NCBI GenBank assembly: GCA_017441705.1
Contig: JAFRWU010000014.1
Coordinates: 422-64,421, forward strand
Reading direction: 5' to 3'
From: Clostridia bacterium
GTDB lineage: Bacteria > Bacillota > Clostridia > Oscillospirales > QAMX01
DNA: 64,000 bases
Shown: positions 43,239 to 53,172 of the stretch, piece by piece
Numbering within the stretch: the stretch's first letter is position 1
Layout of the letters: each line of letters starts with the position of its first letter
Program-made: the position numbers and the translations under genes
The notes under the pieces: generated by a model
Seen by the model: the letters and a program-made list of their open reading frames with translations, nothing else
Database searches by the model: none
Told to the model about the DNA's origin: nothing

Positions 43239-44060
43239 TTACCAGCCCAGCTTTTTGAGGTATTCGCGGGAAAGCGCCACCGATTCCATCGGCGTCTGTC
43301 CCTTGGCGGGCATATCCTGTTCCACCACGACCCATTTGGCGCCGGCCTTTTCGCTGGCTTCCAGGATGGCGGGGATGTCCTGCACGCCGTAGCCTACCGG
43401 ACGGAAGGAGAAGGCCTCCTCGTCGGCGGCTTCGCCGTCGTCCTCCACGCCGATCAGGTCGTAGAGCTTTTTGGGCTTTTTGCCCTTCATGACGAAGTCC
43501 TTGAGATGGACCACCGGAGCGCGTCCGCTGTATTTCAGGACGAAAGCGGCCGGATCCTCGCCGCCTACGTTGACCCAGCAGGTGTCCAGCTCGGTCTGGA
43601 GAAGGTCGGCGGGAATGGTTTCGTACATCACGTCGAGGCCGTATTTGCCGTCGATCTTCACGAATTCGAAATCGTGGTTGTGATAAAGAAGGGTGAGACC
43701 GAGCTTTTTCGCCGTTTCTCCGATCGCGCGGATCTTGGCGAGGGTGTCCTCAAAGCCGGGCTGTCCCGGGCGTTCGCCGTCGCCGAGGTAGGGGACCGCC
43801 ACGTATTGCATGCCGAGGAGTTTGCATTTCGCAAGCTCTCCTTCGGGATCGGCGGCCAGAGCCGCCAGCGGCACGTGAGCCGACGGACAGGCGAGACCGT
43901 ATTTGTCGAAAATCTCCTTCATCTTTTCTATGGGGATCGGGCAGCCGGCGGGCTCCACGCCCTGATATCCCATGGCGGCGACCTTGCGGATCGTACCTTC
44001 GAAATCCTTTGCCAGGTCGTCGCGGACCGAGTAAAGCTGCAAAGCTACGGGTAATGCCAT
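43239..44060 (-). CDS. Sugar phosphate isomerase/epimerase (xylose-isomerase-like TIM barrel)
   Basis: Start moved to ATG 44060 (RBS aaaggagg). MALPVALQLYSVRDDL is a typical N-terminus for this family. 273 aa. Confidence 0.8.
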   Translation of the reverse strand: MALPVALQLYSVRDDLAKDFEGTIRKVAAMGYQGVEPAGCPIPIEKMKEIFDKYGLACPSAHVPLAALAADPEGELAKCKLLGMQYVAVPYLGDGERPGQPGFEDTLAKIRAIGETAKKLGLTLLYHNHDFEFVKIDGKYGLDVMYETIPADLLQTELDTCWVNVGGEDPAAFVLKYSGRAPVVHLKDFVMKGKKPKKLYDLIGVEDDGEAADEEAFSFRPVGYGVQDIPAILEASEKAGAKWVVVEQDMPAKGQTPMESVALSREYLKKLGW

Positions 44061-44203
44061 CGAAAACGCCTCCTTTGTGTTTTCTTCATTGTAGCACAGG
44101 AAAAGCGCGAAATCAACTTGCATTTTCGCCTTTCCCCGTTTATACTGAAAAAAGAGACCGCGCCACGCTTGAGAAAAGACGCGGCGGAAAAGAGGAGAAT
44201 ACC

Positions 44204-45052
44204 ATGATCCGGATCCATGACGGACGCCTTGCGGCCGGGATCGACGAAAACGGTGCGGAATTGAAAAGCCTTCGCCTTGACGGAGTCGAATTCATGCGCT
44301 CCGATCCCGCCGATCCGTGGCAGGAGACCGCGCCGGTGCTGTTTCCCATCTGCGGCGGACTGAAGGACGACTATTTTCTGTATCGGGGGAAGAAATACCC
44401 GCTTCCGAAGCACGGCTTCGCCAAAAAACGCGTCTTCCGGGGCGAAAAGACCGCGGAAAACGAGGCGGTCTTCACACTTTTGCCCGGGGAGGGCGACCGG
44501 GAGATCTATCCCTGGGACTGGCGGTTCGAGGTGATCTTCCGGCTGAGTGACAAAAGCCTTGCGGCGACCTACGCCGTGGAGAACACAGGAAAGGAGACCA
44601 TGTTCTTTTCGCTGGGCGCCCACGAGGGCTACGCTCTGCCCGGGGGGATGGAAAAATACCGGGTGGAATTTGAAAAAGAAGAGACCTGCCCGGTCTATTC
44701 GGTGACCGGCTCGCTTCTGGACGGCGGGAAAAAGCCCTTCCTCCGGGGCGAAAAGGGCTTCGTGCTGCGCCCCGACATGTTCAGGCCCGACGCCCTGATC
44801 TTCAAGGATCTGATTTCCCGGAGAGTGTCGATCACGGGCGAAAACAGGCGGATCACGGTGGATTATCCGGGATTTCCCTTCCTCCTTTTATGGCAGGTGC
44901 CGGGAAGCCGGTATCTCTGCGTCGAGCCATGGCACGGCATGCCGGATGCGGCCGACGGGGATCACGACCTCGCGTCCCGGGAGGGGATCGTTTCCCTTCC
45001 GGCGGGGGAACGCTTCTCCCTGACTCACACCGTCACCCCGGAGCTTCTCTGA
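44204..45052 (+). CDS. Aldose 1-epimerase family protein (LacX-like)
   Basis: Start moved to ATG 44204. Contains MIRIHDGRLAAGIDENGAELKSL...PVLFPICGG. 282 aa. Confidence 0.8.
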   Translation: MIRIHDGRLAAGIDENGAELKSLRLDGVEFMRSDPADPWQETAPVLFPICGGLKDDYFLYRGKKYPLPKHGFAKKRVFRGEKTAENEAVFTLLPGEGDREIYPWDWRFEVIFRLSDKSLAATYAVENTGKETMFFSLGAHEGYALPGGMEKYRVEFEKEETCPVYSVTGSLLDGGKKPFLRGEKGFVLRPDMFRPDALIFKDLISRRVSITGENRRITVDYPGFPFLLLWQVPGSRYLCVEPWHGMPDAADGDHDLASREGIVSLPAGERFSLTHTVTPELL

Positions 45053-45061
45053 AAAGACCGA

Positions 45062-45099
45062 AAAAGCGCGCGGAGGGTTTTCGCTCTCCGCGCGCTTTT
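45062..45099. terminator. Bidirectional terminator
   Basis: AAAAGCGCGCGGAG (45062-45075) pairs with CTCCGCGCGCTTTT (45086-45099). Confidence 0.8.
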
Positions 45100-45113
45100 C
45101 CCGTCGTCGGGGA

Positions 45114-45818
45114 TCAGAGGGGCAGACGGTTGTTATAGACCAGAGGAAGCCCTTCCCGGGCGATGTGGCTCATATCCGAAAGGGTGAGGCAGGTGGGGAC
45201 CGTCATTCCGTCGGGATGGTTGGCGAAGCGCAGGATCGTAAGCCCGGAATGGGTGATATCAAAGGAGGTCCAGAACCTGACCGGATGGATCCCGAGCAGA
45301 TGGGAAAGGAAAGTCAGACCGAAGCCCTGATGGCAGAAAAGCGCCACCCGTTCCTCGGAGGGGGAGGTGATCCGGTACACGTCCCCGTGCCGTTCATAGC
45401 CCAGCCGGGCGAGGAAGGCGTCGGCTTCCCTCTGGACACGCTCGTACCCCGCTTTGGCGTTGGTCTCGTCAAAGAAGCGGGATTCGTACCATTTGTCGGA
45501 GAGGGCGGCGGGATCGCTCCGGAGAAGATGGCCGGGGATCATGAAGGACCAGTAGCGGCGGCCTTTTTCATCGACGCGGGAAAAGTCCCGCCAGGTCAGA
45601 TCCTCGCTGGTCCAGGCTTCCACCGTGGGGGTAAGGCCCAGAAGGTCGCAGGCGGGCTGACAGGTTTCCCTGGCGCGCCCGTTGGGGGAGACGAAGACCC
45701 GGTCCAGGCCGTGGATGGCGAGCCGCTTTCCCATGGCGGTGGCCTGCAGCTTTCCCTTGGGAGTGAGGGTGTCGGGATCGTAAATGGGATCCCCGTGCCG
45801 GATGACGTAGAGAAGCAT
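45114..45818 (-). CDS. Histidine phosphatase family protein (phosphoglycerate-mutase-like)
   Basis: Start moved to ATG 45818. MLLYVIRHGDP contains the RHG catalytic motif. 234 aa. Confidence 0.85.
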   Translation of the reverse strand: MLLYVIRHGDPIYDPDTLTPKGKLQATAMGKRLAIHGLDRVFVSPNGRARETCQPACDLLGLTPTVEAWTSEDLTWRDFSRVDEKGRRYWSFMIPGHLLRSDPAALSDKWYESRFFDETNAKAGYERVQREADAFLARLGYERHGDVYRITSPSEERVALFCHQGFGLTFLSHLLGIHPVRFWTSFDITHSGLTILRFANHPDGMTVPTCLTLSDMSHIAREGLPLVYNNRLPL

Positions 45819-45985
45819 GTCCTGATTCCTTTCGCCGGCTGTCTCCCGGAAGAACGGGAGACGACGGATGCTTTTTGAGTATTGTAGCACAGGCAAAAGA
45901 GAAAATCAACGCACTGCCCCCCTCTTCCGGGTTGACGCGGGGGAAAATCCGGGATACAATAAAAGAAAAACACGAACGGGAAAGG

Positions 45986-47623
45986 ATGACGAAAATGGGT
46001 ATCGGCGTCGTAACGACAAAATACGGCAGACTCCGCGGCGAGGAGCTCGGAGGGAAATACGAAGGGATCACGGTCTTCCGTTCGGTCCCCTACGCTCTTC
46101 CGCCGGTGGGGGAGCTCCGGTTCCGGGATCCGGAGGAGCCCGCGCCGTGGAACGGCGTCCTGGACGCCACGCATCCGGCCGCCCGCGCCATGCAGGACGC
46201 GGGGACCGGCCTGGAGATGGAGCCGTGGAGAAGCGATTTCTATTTCGCGGGAAATCCGCCGATGAGCGAGGACTGCCTGTATCTTTCCATCGCCACCGGC
46301 GCGGAGAAGCCCGGCGAGGCGCGCCCGGTCTATCTCTGGTTCCACGGCGGCGGACTGCAGAGCGGATACGCCACCGAGATCGAATTCGACCCGGCGGAAC
46401 TGGCCGGAAGGGGGATCGTCGTGGTCTCGGTAGGCCAGAGACTGAACGTATTCGGCTACCTTGCGCTTCCTTCTCTCTCGGCGGAGCAGGGCGGGATCAG
46501 CGGCAACTACGGCCTGAAGGACGAATTCATGGCTCTCAAATGGGTCCGGGAAAACATCGCCGCCTTCGGCGGAGACCCGGACAACATCACTCTGGGCGGT
46601 CAGTCGGGCGGCACGGCGAAGAGCACGGCGCTTGCCACGTCGCCAAGGGCGGCGGGCATGGTGAAGCGGTGCGTCAACCAGTCGAATCTCGCCTGGGCCA
46701 GAAATTATCAGACGCCGGAAAAGGCCGAGGAAAGCGGCAGGGAATACCTGAAAAACCTGGGGCTGGATCCGGACCTGACGCCGGAAGAGTTGAGGAGGAT
46801 CCCCGCTTTCCGGTTCTATCAGATGCGGAAAAAGCCGGAAGGCTTCGGCGCGCCGGGCGGCCTTCCGGGATCGATGATCGCCGACGGCGTGTGGATCGAA
46901 AGCGCGTCCGCCATGGAGAATATGGCGAAATACGGCTCCGGGATCGACTATCTGTCGGGCGGGAATCTCGGGGAAAGCTCGCTCCGGGATCCGGGACTGA
47001 TGCCCGGCGCGGGGTTCCGGGACGCGGCGGACTTTTACGGGTACATGAAGAGCCTGCTCGGCGCGAAATACGACGCGGCGGGTTTTGAAAAGCTCTGGCC
47101 GGTCAGCGACGGAGATGTGAATTTCCGCAGCCGGGAGCTGGCCGCCCGCGCATTCTCGGGCGGACACGCCACGAAGATGATGGGCGGGGTGATCACCAAC
47201 CGGTATTTCGGCGCATACCGGGAAGGCGCCGGCGCGAAGGGACGGACCTATTCCTATCTTTTCGCGCATTTCCCGCCGAGCCTGCCGGAGGAAAAGGGGA
47301 CCTTCCGCGACCGGGAAAACCTTCTGGCCTGGCACTCCTCGGAGCTTTGGTACACCTTTGCGTCGCTCCGGAAGGGGACGCCGCCCTGCCGCCCGTGGAC
47401 CGAAACCGATTTCCGCCTGGCCGGCGCGATGTGCGATTACTGGGCGAATTTCATCCGCTCCGGCGACCCCAACGGAGAAGGGCTGCCCTTCTGGCCGGCG
47501 AGCGGGAAGAACTTCGGATGGATGTATTTCGGCGACGTGCCCGAGGGGCACGACGGACTGGACGGGATCGACCGCCTCGCCCTGGAGCTGATCCGGGAAA
47601 AGGGCGGATATCCGGCGCTCTGA
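45986..47623 (+). CDS. Type-B carboxylesterase/lipase
   Basis: Start moved to ATG 45986. Contains FRSVPYALPPVGELRF, EDCLYLSI and GGDPDNITLGGQSGG (GxSxG). 545 aa. Confidence 0.9.
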   Translation: MTKMGIGVVTTKYGRLRGEELGGKYEGITVFRSVPYALPPVGELRFRDPEEPAPWNGVLDATHPAARAMQDAGTGLEMEPWRSDFYFAGNPPMSEDCLYLSIATGAEKPGEARPVYLWFHGGGLQSGYATEIEFDPAELAGRGIVVVSVGQRLNVFGYLALPSLSAEQGGISGNYGLKDEFMALKWVRENIAAFGGDPDNITLGGQSGGTAKSTALATSPRAAGMVKRCVNQSNLAWARNYQTPEKAEESGREYLKNLGLDPDLTPEELRRIPAFRFYQMRKKPEGFGAPGGLPGSMIADGVWIESASAMENMAKYGSGIDYLSGGNLGESSLRDPGLMPGAGFRDAADFYGYMKSLLGAKYDAAGFEKLWPVSDGDVNFRSRELAARAFSGGHATKMMGGVITNRYFGAYREGAGAKGRTYSYLFAHFPPSLPEEKGTFRDRENLLAWHSSELWYTFASLRKGTPPCRPWTETDFRLAGAMCDYWANFIRSGDPNGEGLPFWPASGKNFGWMYFGDVPEGHDGLDGIDRLALELIREKGGYPAL

Positions 47624-47673
47624 GGGAAGAAGACGCGCCCGAAACCGGCGGCGTTTTCAGACCGCCCGGGGAC

Positions 47674-47702
47674 TTGACAAGCCTTTTCGTTTCGCATAGA
47701 AT
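47674..47702 (+). promoter_or_regulatory. Sigma-A-type promoter candidate
   Basis: TTGACA (47674-47679), a 17-nt spacer, then TAGAAT (47697-47702), 45 nt upstream of ATG 47747. Confidence 0.6.
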
Positions 47703-47746
47703 AGCATAAAACGGATTGCCGCGCTTCGCGGCGAAAGGAGACAATC

Positions 47747-48589
47747 ATGCTGAAGGATCTCAAAAGCACCTACACGCTCCGCAACGGCGTTGAAATGCCG
47801 GGCCTCGGCCTCGGCGTCTGGAAGGTGGAGGACAAGGACGAACTGATCGGCGCCGTGCATGCGGCCCTGAACGCCGGGTATATCCACATCGACACCGCCG
47901 CCGCTTACGACAACGAGCAGTTCGTGGGCGAAGCCGTGGAAACCAGCGGCGTGAAAAGAGAAGACATTTTCATCACCACCAAGCTCTGGAATTCCCATCA
48001 TCGGTACGACGAGGCGCTGCGCGCCTTCGACCGCAGCCTTGAGAAGCTGCGCACCGACTACGTGGACCTCTATCTGATCCACTGGCCGACCCCGCGCTTC
48101 GACGATTACGTGGAGGCCTGGCGCGCCCTGATCCGCCTTTACGAGGAAAAGAGGGTCCGCGCCATCGGCGTCTGCAACTTCAAACCGGCGCATCTGGCGC
48201 GCCTGGAAAAGGAAACGGGCATTCTTCCCGTGATCGATCAGGTGGAGTGCCATCCGCTTCTCCAGCAGACCGAGCTTCTGGAATACTGCCGGGGCAAGGG
48301 CATCCGCATGGAGGCTTACAGCCCGCTGCTCACCGGGCATCTGGGCGACGTGGCCGGCTCCCTTTCGGCCATCGCGCAAAAGCACGGCAAGACGCCGGCG
48401 CAGGTCTGCATCCGCTTCCAGATCGAACGCGGCGTGGTGGTTATCCCGAAATCGGTCCACGCCAACCGCATCCTCGAAAACGCCGACGTGTTCGATTTCT
48501 CGCTGGACGAGGAGGATATGAAGGCGATCGCGGCGCTGAACCGGGATCATCGCTTCCTGCCCGATCCCGACACGGCGAATTTCCGCTGA
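47747..48589 (+). CDS. Aldo/keto reductase (2,5-diketo-D-gluconate reductase-like)
   Basis: 280 aa. Contains GLGVWK, DTAAAYDNE and DLYLIHWP motifs. Confidence 0.9.
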   Translation: MLKDLKSTYTLRNGVEMPGLGLGVWKVEDKDELIGAVHAALNAGYIHIDTAAAYDNEQFVGEAVETSGVKREDIFITTKLWNSHHRYDEALRAFDRSLEKLRTDYVDLYLIHWPTPRFDDYVEAWRALIRLYEEKRVRAIGVCNFKPAHLARLEKETGILPVIDQVECHPLLQQTELLEYCRGKGIRMEAYSPLLTGHLGDVAGSLSAIAQKHGKTPAQVCIRFQIERGVVVIPKSVHANRILENADVFDFSLDEEDMKAIAALNRDHRFLPDPDTANFR

Positions 48590-48603
48590 TTTCATCAGGA
48601 GAC

Positions 48604-48641
48604 GAAGAGAGCGCGGCGCAGGGACGCGCCGCGCTCTCTTC
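48604..48641 (+). terminator. 16-bp GC-rich hairpin between the AKR gene and luxS (no clear U-tail)
   Basis: GAAGAGAGCGCGGCGC (48604-48619) pairs with GCGCCGCGCTCTCTTC (48626-48641). The luxS RBS follows immediately. Confidence 0.5.
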
Positions 48642-48658
48642 GGAGAAAAGGAGGATCC

Positions 48659-49126
48659 ATGGAACGCATCGCAAGCTTCGCGGTGGATCACGACCGTCTG
48701 GAAAAGGGGATGTATATCTCCCGGGTGGACGGCGACGCGGTCACCTACGATATCCGCATGAAAAAGCCCAACGGCGGCGATTACCTCGGAAACGGAGAGC
48801 TTCACACGATCGAGCATCTTTTCGCCACCTTCGCCCGCAACAGCCGCTTCCGGAAAAGCGTCCTGTACGTGGGACCCATGGGATGCCGGACCGGGTTCTA
48901 TCTCCTCCTGCGCGACGACGTGACGGGGGAGGAGGCCATCGGTCTGGCGAGGGATTCCTTCGCCTTCATCCGGGATTTCGAAGGCGTCATCCCGGGATCT
49001 TCCCGAAAGGAATGCGGCAATTACCGGGAGCACGACCTGCCCGCCGCGAAAGAGACCGCCCGGGATATGCTCCGGGTCCTGGAGGGCTGGACCGGAGAGA
49101 TGCTTTCCTACGATTGCGGGAAGTGA
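48659..49126 (+). CDS. luxS: S-ribosylhomocysteine lyase
   Basis: 155 aa with HTIEHLFATF (metal ligands), GCRTGFY and CGNYREH. Confidence 0.95.
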   Translation: MERIASFAVDHDRLEKGMYISRVDGDAVTYDIRMKKPNGGDYLGNGELHTIEHLFATFARNSRFRKSVLYVGPMGCRTGFYLLLRDDVTGEEAIGLARDSFAFIRDFEGVIPGSSRKECGNYREHDLPAAKETARDMLRVLEGWTGEMLSYDCGK

Positions 49127-49168
49127 CCGGGCTGGGAAATCTCCTTCTCCCGGAAAGAGAAAAGAACG

Positions 49169-49202
49169 AAGGACCGGAGGATCGCTCCGGCCCTTTCTTT
49201 TT
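49169..49202 (+). terminator. Intrinsic terminator after luxS
   Basis: The AAGGACCGGAG / CTCCGGCCCTT hairpin (one mismatch) is followed by TTTCTTTTT. Confidence 0.7.
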
Positions 49203-49274
49203 CCCGCCGCCGGGAACGGCGGCTGACCGGGAAGCCGGTCCCGCGGGATCCTTGCCGGGAAATCCGTTTTTTCT

Positions 49275-49303
49275 TTGACAAAGAAGGCTTCGCGTGCTAT
49301 GAT
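49275..49303 (+). promoter_or_regulatory. Sigma-A-type promoter candidate (extended -10) ahead of the second GH38 gene
   Basis: TTGACA (49275-49280), a 17-nt spacer, then TGcTATGAT (-10 hexamer 49298-49303). It leaves a GC-rich leader of about 200 nt. Confidence 0.6.
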
Positions 49304-49511
49304 GATTTTGAAAAAGCCGGCTGCCTTTGAAAGGGCGGCACGGCGGGATGAAGGCGGTCCCGGTTCCGGCGGACGGCATGCGCCCCGCCGCAGCCCTTCC
49401 CGGCGCAAAGCCCGCGGCGGAACGGGAAGGGAAAAAGCCTTGCGTAAACCGAAAGCCTTTGCATGAAGCGCGCCTGGCGCATAGATCATCCTGATTCCGG
49501 AGGAAGAAACG

Positions 49512-51995
49512 ATGAAAAAACGCATTTATCTGATTGGCAACGCGCATCTCGACCCGGTCTGGCAGTGGCGCTGGACCGAAGGGATCGCCGCCGTGAAGCA
49601 GACGGTCCGCTCGGCGCTGGACCGCATGCGGGAGACCGACGGCTTTATCTTCACCTCCTCGCAGGCGGTAGCCTACCGCTGGCTTTCGGAGTGCGCGCCG
49701 GAGCTCCTGGAGGAGGTCAGAGCCCGCGTAGCCGAAGGTCGGTTCGTCCTCTGCGGCGGGCAGTACGTCCAGCCCGACTGCAACACCCCGTCGGGGGAAT
49801 CCTTCGCGAGGCATTCCCTCTACTCCCAGCGGATCTTCAAGCGCCTTCTGGGCGTCACGGCGAAGACCGCCTACAACGTGGACAGCTTCGGTCACAACGC
49901 GATGCTGCCGCAGATCTTCAAAAAGAGCGGCATGGCGCGCTACGTGATGATGCGGCCCGGCCAGCACGAGAAGGAAATGGAAGAGAACGTCTTCCTCTGG
50001 CGGTCGCCCGACGGGACCGAGATCCCGGTCTTCCGGATCACGGAAAGCTACTGCGGCAATTACGAGACCGAGGAAGACATGACGAAACGCATCGAGACCT
50101 TCTGCCGCGCGGCCAACGAAGACCTGGAGAGCACCATGGTTTTCTACGGCGTCGGGAATCACGGCGGCGGACCGACGAAAAAGAATCTGGCGATCATCAA
50201 GGCGCTTCAGGAAAAGTACAGGGGCGAAAGCGAGATCCTTTTCGCCTCCCCCGACGATTTCTTCCGGGATCTTTCGACGTCCGGCGCGGTTCTCCCGGTG
50301 GTGGAGGACGATCTGCAGCACCACGCCTCCGGCTGCTATTCCGCCGTATCCGAGCTGAAGCGGCTGAACCGCCGCGGCGAGGCCGATCTGTATTTTGCCG
50401 AGACCTTCGCCTCGATCGCCCACCGGAAGCTGGGGCTTGTCTACCCCGGCGCCAGGCTGGAGGAAGCGTGGGAGAATCTGCTTTTCAACCAGTTCCACGA
50501 CATCATGGGCGGCTGCTCGATCGAAAAGGCGTATGAAGACGCCTTCGCCTTCGCCGGGGAAAGCCTGGCTTCGGCGGCGAAGATCACCGCCATGGCGACG
50601 CAGGGGCTTTCCTGGGCGGTAGACACCATGGAGCTTCCCGGCACGCCGGCGATCGTCTTCAACCCGCATCCCTGGAAGCTCCGCGTTCCCGTCCGGGTGA
50701 ATTACCGCGTCGATTCGATCCGCACGACGGACGGAAAGGACGTGCCGTTCCAGACGGTGCATTCCCAGGCCGAGAGCTGCATGTGGCGCGGCGACGCGCT
50801 CTTCATCGCCGAGATCCCGCCTATGGGATACGCGACCTATCTCATCGGCGACCGGACCGAAAGCGCCATCAGCGGCACCTATATCGCGGGCGGCGAAACG
50901 AAGGAATTCCCGTCGCCGGTGAAGGCGACTCCTGCGCCGGAGCTTCAGACCGCGAACGACTGCCCGGGCCCGGTGCTGGAAAACGAATACCTCCGGGCGG
51001 AGTTTATCCCCTATAACGGCTTCGTCGCGTCGGTGAAGGACAAGGAGACCGGAGAAGAGCTGCTCGCGGCGCCCGGGGCGGTGCCGGTGGTGGTGGACGA
51101 ATACAGGCACGATACCTGGAGCCACGCAAAGAATTTCTTCGACCGGGATATCGCCGTGTTTTCCGACGCAAAGTGCACCGTGACCGAAAACGGCCCCGTG
51201 CGCGCGACGGTCAAAGTGGAATCGCGCTACAACGATTCGAAGCTCACCCAGTATTTCAGCCTTGCGGCGGGAGAAAAGATGCTGCGGGTCAGGGCGGTAT
51301 GCGACTGGCGGGAAAAGCACAAGATGCTGAAGATCAGCTGGCCGTGCGACGTGGGAACGCCGGCCGCCGCCGAGTACGAGATCCCCTTCGGCCACTTTGC
51401 CCGCCCCGCCGACGGCGAGGAGGAGAACGGACACCGCTACGTGGCGGTCCGCGGAGAAAAGCGCTCCATGGCTATGCTGAACGACGGCAAATACAGCTTT
51501 TCGATCCAAGGCGGCGATCTGCGCCTGACCGTGCTCAGGAGCCCGATCTACGGCGATCACGGCGGTCCGCGCACCGCCGAGAGCGAGTTTACCGAGCAGG
51601 GGATCTCCGAATTCCGGTACAGCATGGTCCCCGGACCGGCGACGCCCGATTACGCGGCTCTTGAACGCCGGGCGGCGGAGCTCAACTGCCCGCCGGTGCT
51701 CGTCTGCGAGAACAATCACAAGGGATTCCTCCCGCCGGAAGACAGCTTCGGATCGGTGGATGCGGACAACGTGGACGTCACGGCGTTCAAGCGGGCGGAG
51801 GACGGAAACGGATGGATCGTGCGCGCCTATGAGACAGCCGGAAGGGAAGAGACCGAAACGGTCCTTCGTCTGCCGCTTCTCGCAAAGGAGATCCCGCTCC
51901 GCTTCGGGAAATTCGAGATCCGCACCCTCCTGATCCCCGACGGGGAGGAAGAGGCGCGGGAGGTCATGCTCACCGAATGGGATTACGGGGAGTAA
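49512..51995 (+). CDS. GH38 alpha-mannosidase (shorter paralog)
   Basis: 827 aa. The N-terminal IGNAHLDPVWQWRW is the GH38 metal/active-site motif. No signal peptide. Confidence 0.9.
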   Translation: MKKRIYLIGNAHLDPVWQWRWTEGIAAVKQTVRSALDRMRETDGFIFTSSQAVAYRWLSECAPELLEEVRARVAEGRFVLCGGQYVQPDCNTPSGESFARHSLYSQRIFKRLLGVTAKTAYNVDSFGHNAMLPQIFKKSGMARYVMMRPGQHEKEMEENVFLWRSPDGTEIPVFRITESYCGNYETEEDMTKRIETFCRAANEDLESTMVFYGVGNHGGGPTKKNLAIIKALQEKYRGESEILFASPDDFFRDLSTSGAVLPVVEDDLQHHASGCYSAVSELKRLNRRGEADLYFAETFASIAHRKLGLVYPGARLEEAWENLLFNQFHDIMGGCSIEKAYEDAFAFAGESLASAAKITAMATQGLSWAVDTMELPGTPAIVFNPHPWKLRVPVRVNYRVDSIRTTDGKDVPFQTVHSQAESCMWRGDALFIAEIPPMGYATYLIGDRTESAISGTYIAGGETKEFPSPVKATPAPELQTANDCPGPVLENEYLRAEFIPYNGFVASVKDKETGEELLAAPGAVPVVVDEYRHDTWSHAKNFFDRDIAVFSDAKCTVTENGPVRATVKVESRYNDSKLTQYFSLAAGEKMLRVRAVCDWREKHKMLKISWPCDVGTPAAAEYEIPFGHFARPADGEEENGHRYVAVRGEKRSMAMLNDGKYSFSIQGGDLRLTVLRSPIYGDHGGPRTAESEFTEQGISEFRYSMVPGPATPDYAALERRAAELNCPPVLVCENNHKGFLPPEDSFGSVDADNVDVTAFKRAEDGNGWIVRAYETAGREETETVLRLPLLAKEIPLRFGKFEIRTLLIPDGEEEAREVMLTEWDYGE

Positions 51996-52025
51996 ACGGC
52001 CTTTCGCGGCGCGTCGAAACATACA

Positions 52026-52056
52026 AAAGGGCTCCGGAGACGTTCCGGAGCCCTTT
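52026..52056. terminator. Bidirectional terminator
   Basis: AAAGGGCTCCGGA (52026-52038) pairs with TCCGGAGCCCTTT (52044-52056). Confidence 0.8.
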
Positions 52057-52073
52057 CACATCTGGAAGGACCT

Positions 52074-52973
52074 TTATTTTTCCTCTTGAAGGATCCCGTT
52101 CAGGCGATCCCGCAGGCCGTCCTTATCACGCAGGATCAGAAAACGGGCGTTCCCGTCCCCGGCCATGCGGGAGGTCGTGGAGCCGTCGGGCGCCACGTCG
52201 ACGAAAAGCGGGGGAGAGCAGTCGAAGTATCCTTCGCCTCCCATGATCGCGTAATAGACCGCCGTGAGATCCCAGCTCCAGCGCACGGTGTTCCCGTCGG
52301 TCCAGAGCTTATAGGCGAGCCAAACGGGGTTTTCGGGCCTTTCGATCCCGTCGGGGAAGCCGGTTTCGAAGGAATACCCGACCTCGTGCCCCGAAAGGAT
52401 CACGGGGCACAAGACGTGAGAAAAGACGTATGCGGCGCTTTCCGCGTCGCAGGCGACGTTGTATTCGCCGCGGCTCGCGGGATATTCCGCAGCCATGGAG
52501 ATCAGAGCGCCGAGCTTTTTCTCAAAGAGATCGGGATAAAGCCTCATGGCGTCGGCAAGGGCGTTGAACTGACCGATGGTGACTACGGTCAGACCGTGAT
52601 CGGGGCTTTCCTCCAGAGCCTTTTTGTAGACCTCGGCGGAATCCGGAAAGGCGTCTCCCCGCCGGCAGGCGGGAGAAAAGCGCTCCGCGAGAGTCTTGTT
52701 GTATTTCAGACAGTCGGGAAGGAAGGGGCGGCGGCGGAATTCCCCGATGGGGATTTCGGGCATGCCGTAAAAGGCGCGGATCGCGTCGACGGCGCCGACG
52801 CCCCAGGGATTGGAGGTGCAGTTGACGACCCCCGCGATCTCGAAGCCGGTCTTCTTTTCCAGGGAAAAAAGGACCGCCAGCGCCCCGGCGTCGTCGCAGT
52901 CGGGACCTATGTCGGTGTCCAGAAGGACCCTTCCGCGGGTGTTTTTCAAGGGCTCGGGATGCTTTTGCATCAT
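52074..52973 (-). CDS. Nucleoside hydrolase-like protein
   Basis: Start moved to ATG 52973 (RBS aaagggag). The N-terminal LLDTDIGPDCDDAGALAV resembles the DxDxxxDD calcium/ribose-binding motif. 299 aa. Confidence 0.6.
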   Translation of the reverse strand: MMQKHPEPLKNTRGRVLLDTDIGPDCDDAGALAVLFSLEKKTGFEIAGVVNCTSNPWGVGAVDAIRAFYGMPEIPIGEFRRRPFLPDCLKYNKTLAERFSPACRRGDAFPDSAEVYKKALEESPDHGLTVVTIGQFNALADAMRLYPDLFEKKLGALISMAAEYPASRGEYNVACDAESAAYVFSHVLCPVILSGHEVGYSFETGFPDGIERPENPVWLAYKLWTDGNTVRWSWDLTAVYYAIMGGEGYFDCSPPLFVDVAPDGSTTSRMAGDGNARFLILRDKDGLRDRLNGILQEEK

Positions 52974-53172
52974 ATACTCCCTTTCTTGCCGCTTCCCTGC
53001 GGGAAGCTTTTTCAAGACGAGTATAGCGCCGGGAAACCGGATTTGTCAAGCGAAGCGAAAAGAAAAAGGCTTTCTTCAGAAAAGGATTTCCTTTCCGGCG
53101 GTTTTGTGATAGAATGAAAAAAAGAAACGGCGTGTTTCTCCGTACGCCGATCCGGGAAAGGATGAAAAACCG

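Noticed and set aside
48987-52022. 1011-aa minus-strand ORF opposite the second GH38 gene, plus the 357-aa alternate-frame ORF at 49463-50536
   Set aside because: These are shadow or off-frame ORFs of a high-GC gene. Their Arg/Pro/Gly-rich composition is typical of non-coding frames.
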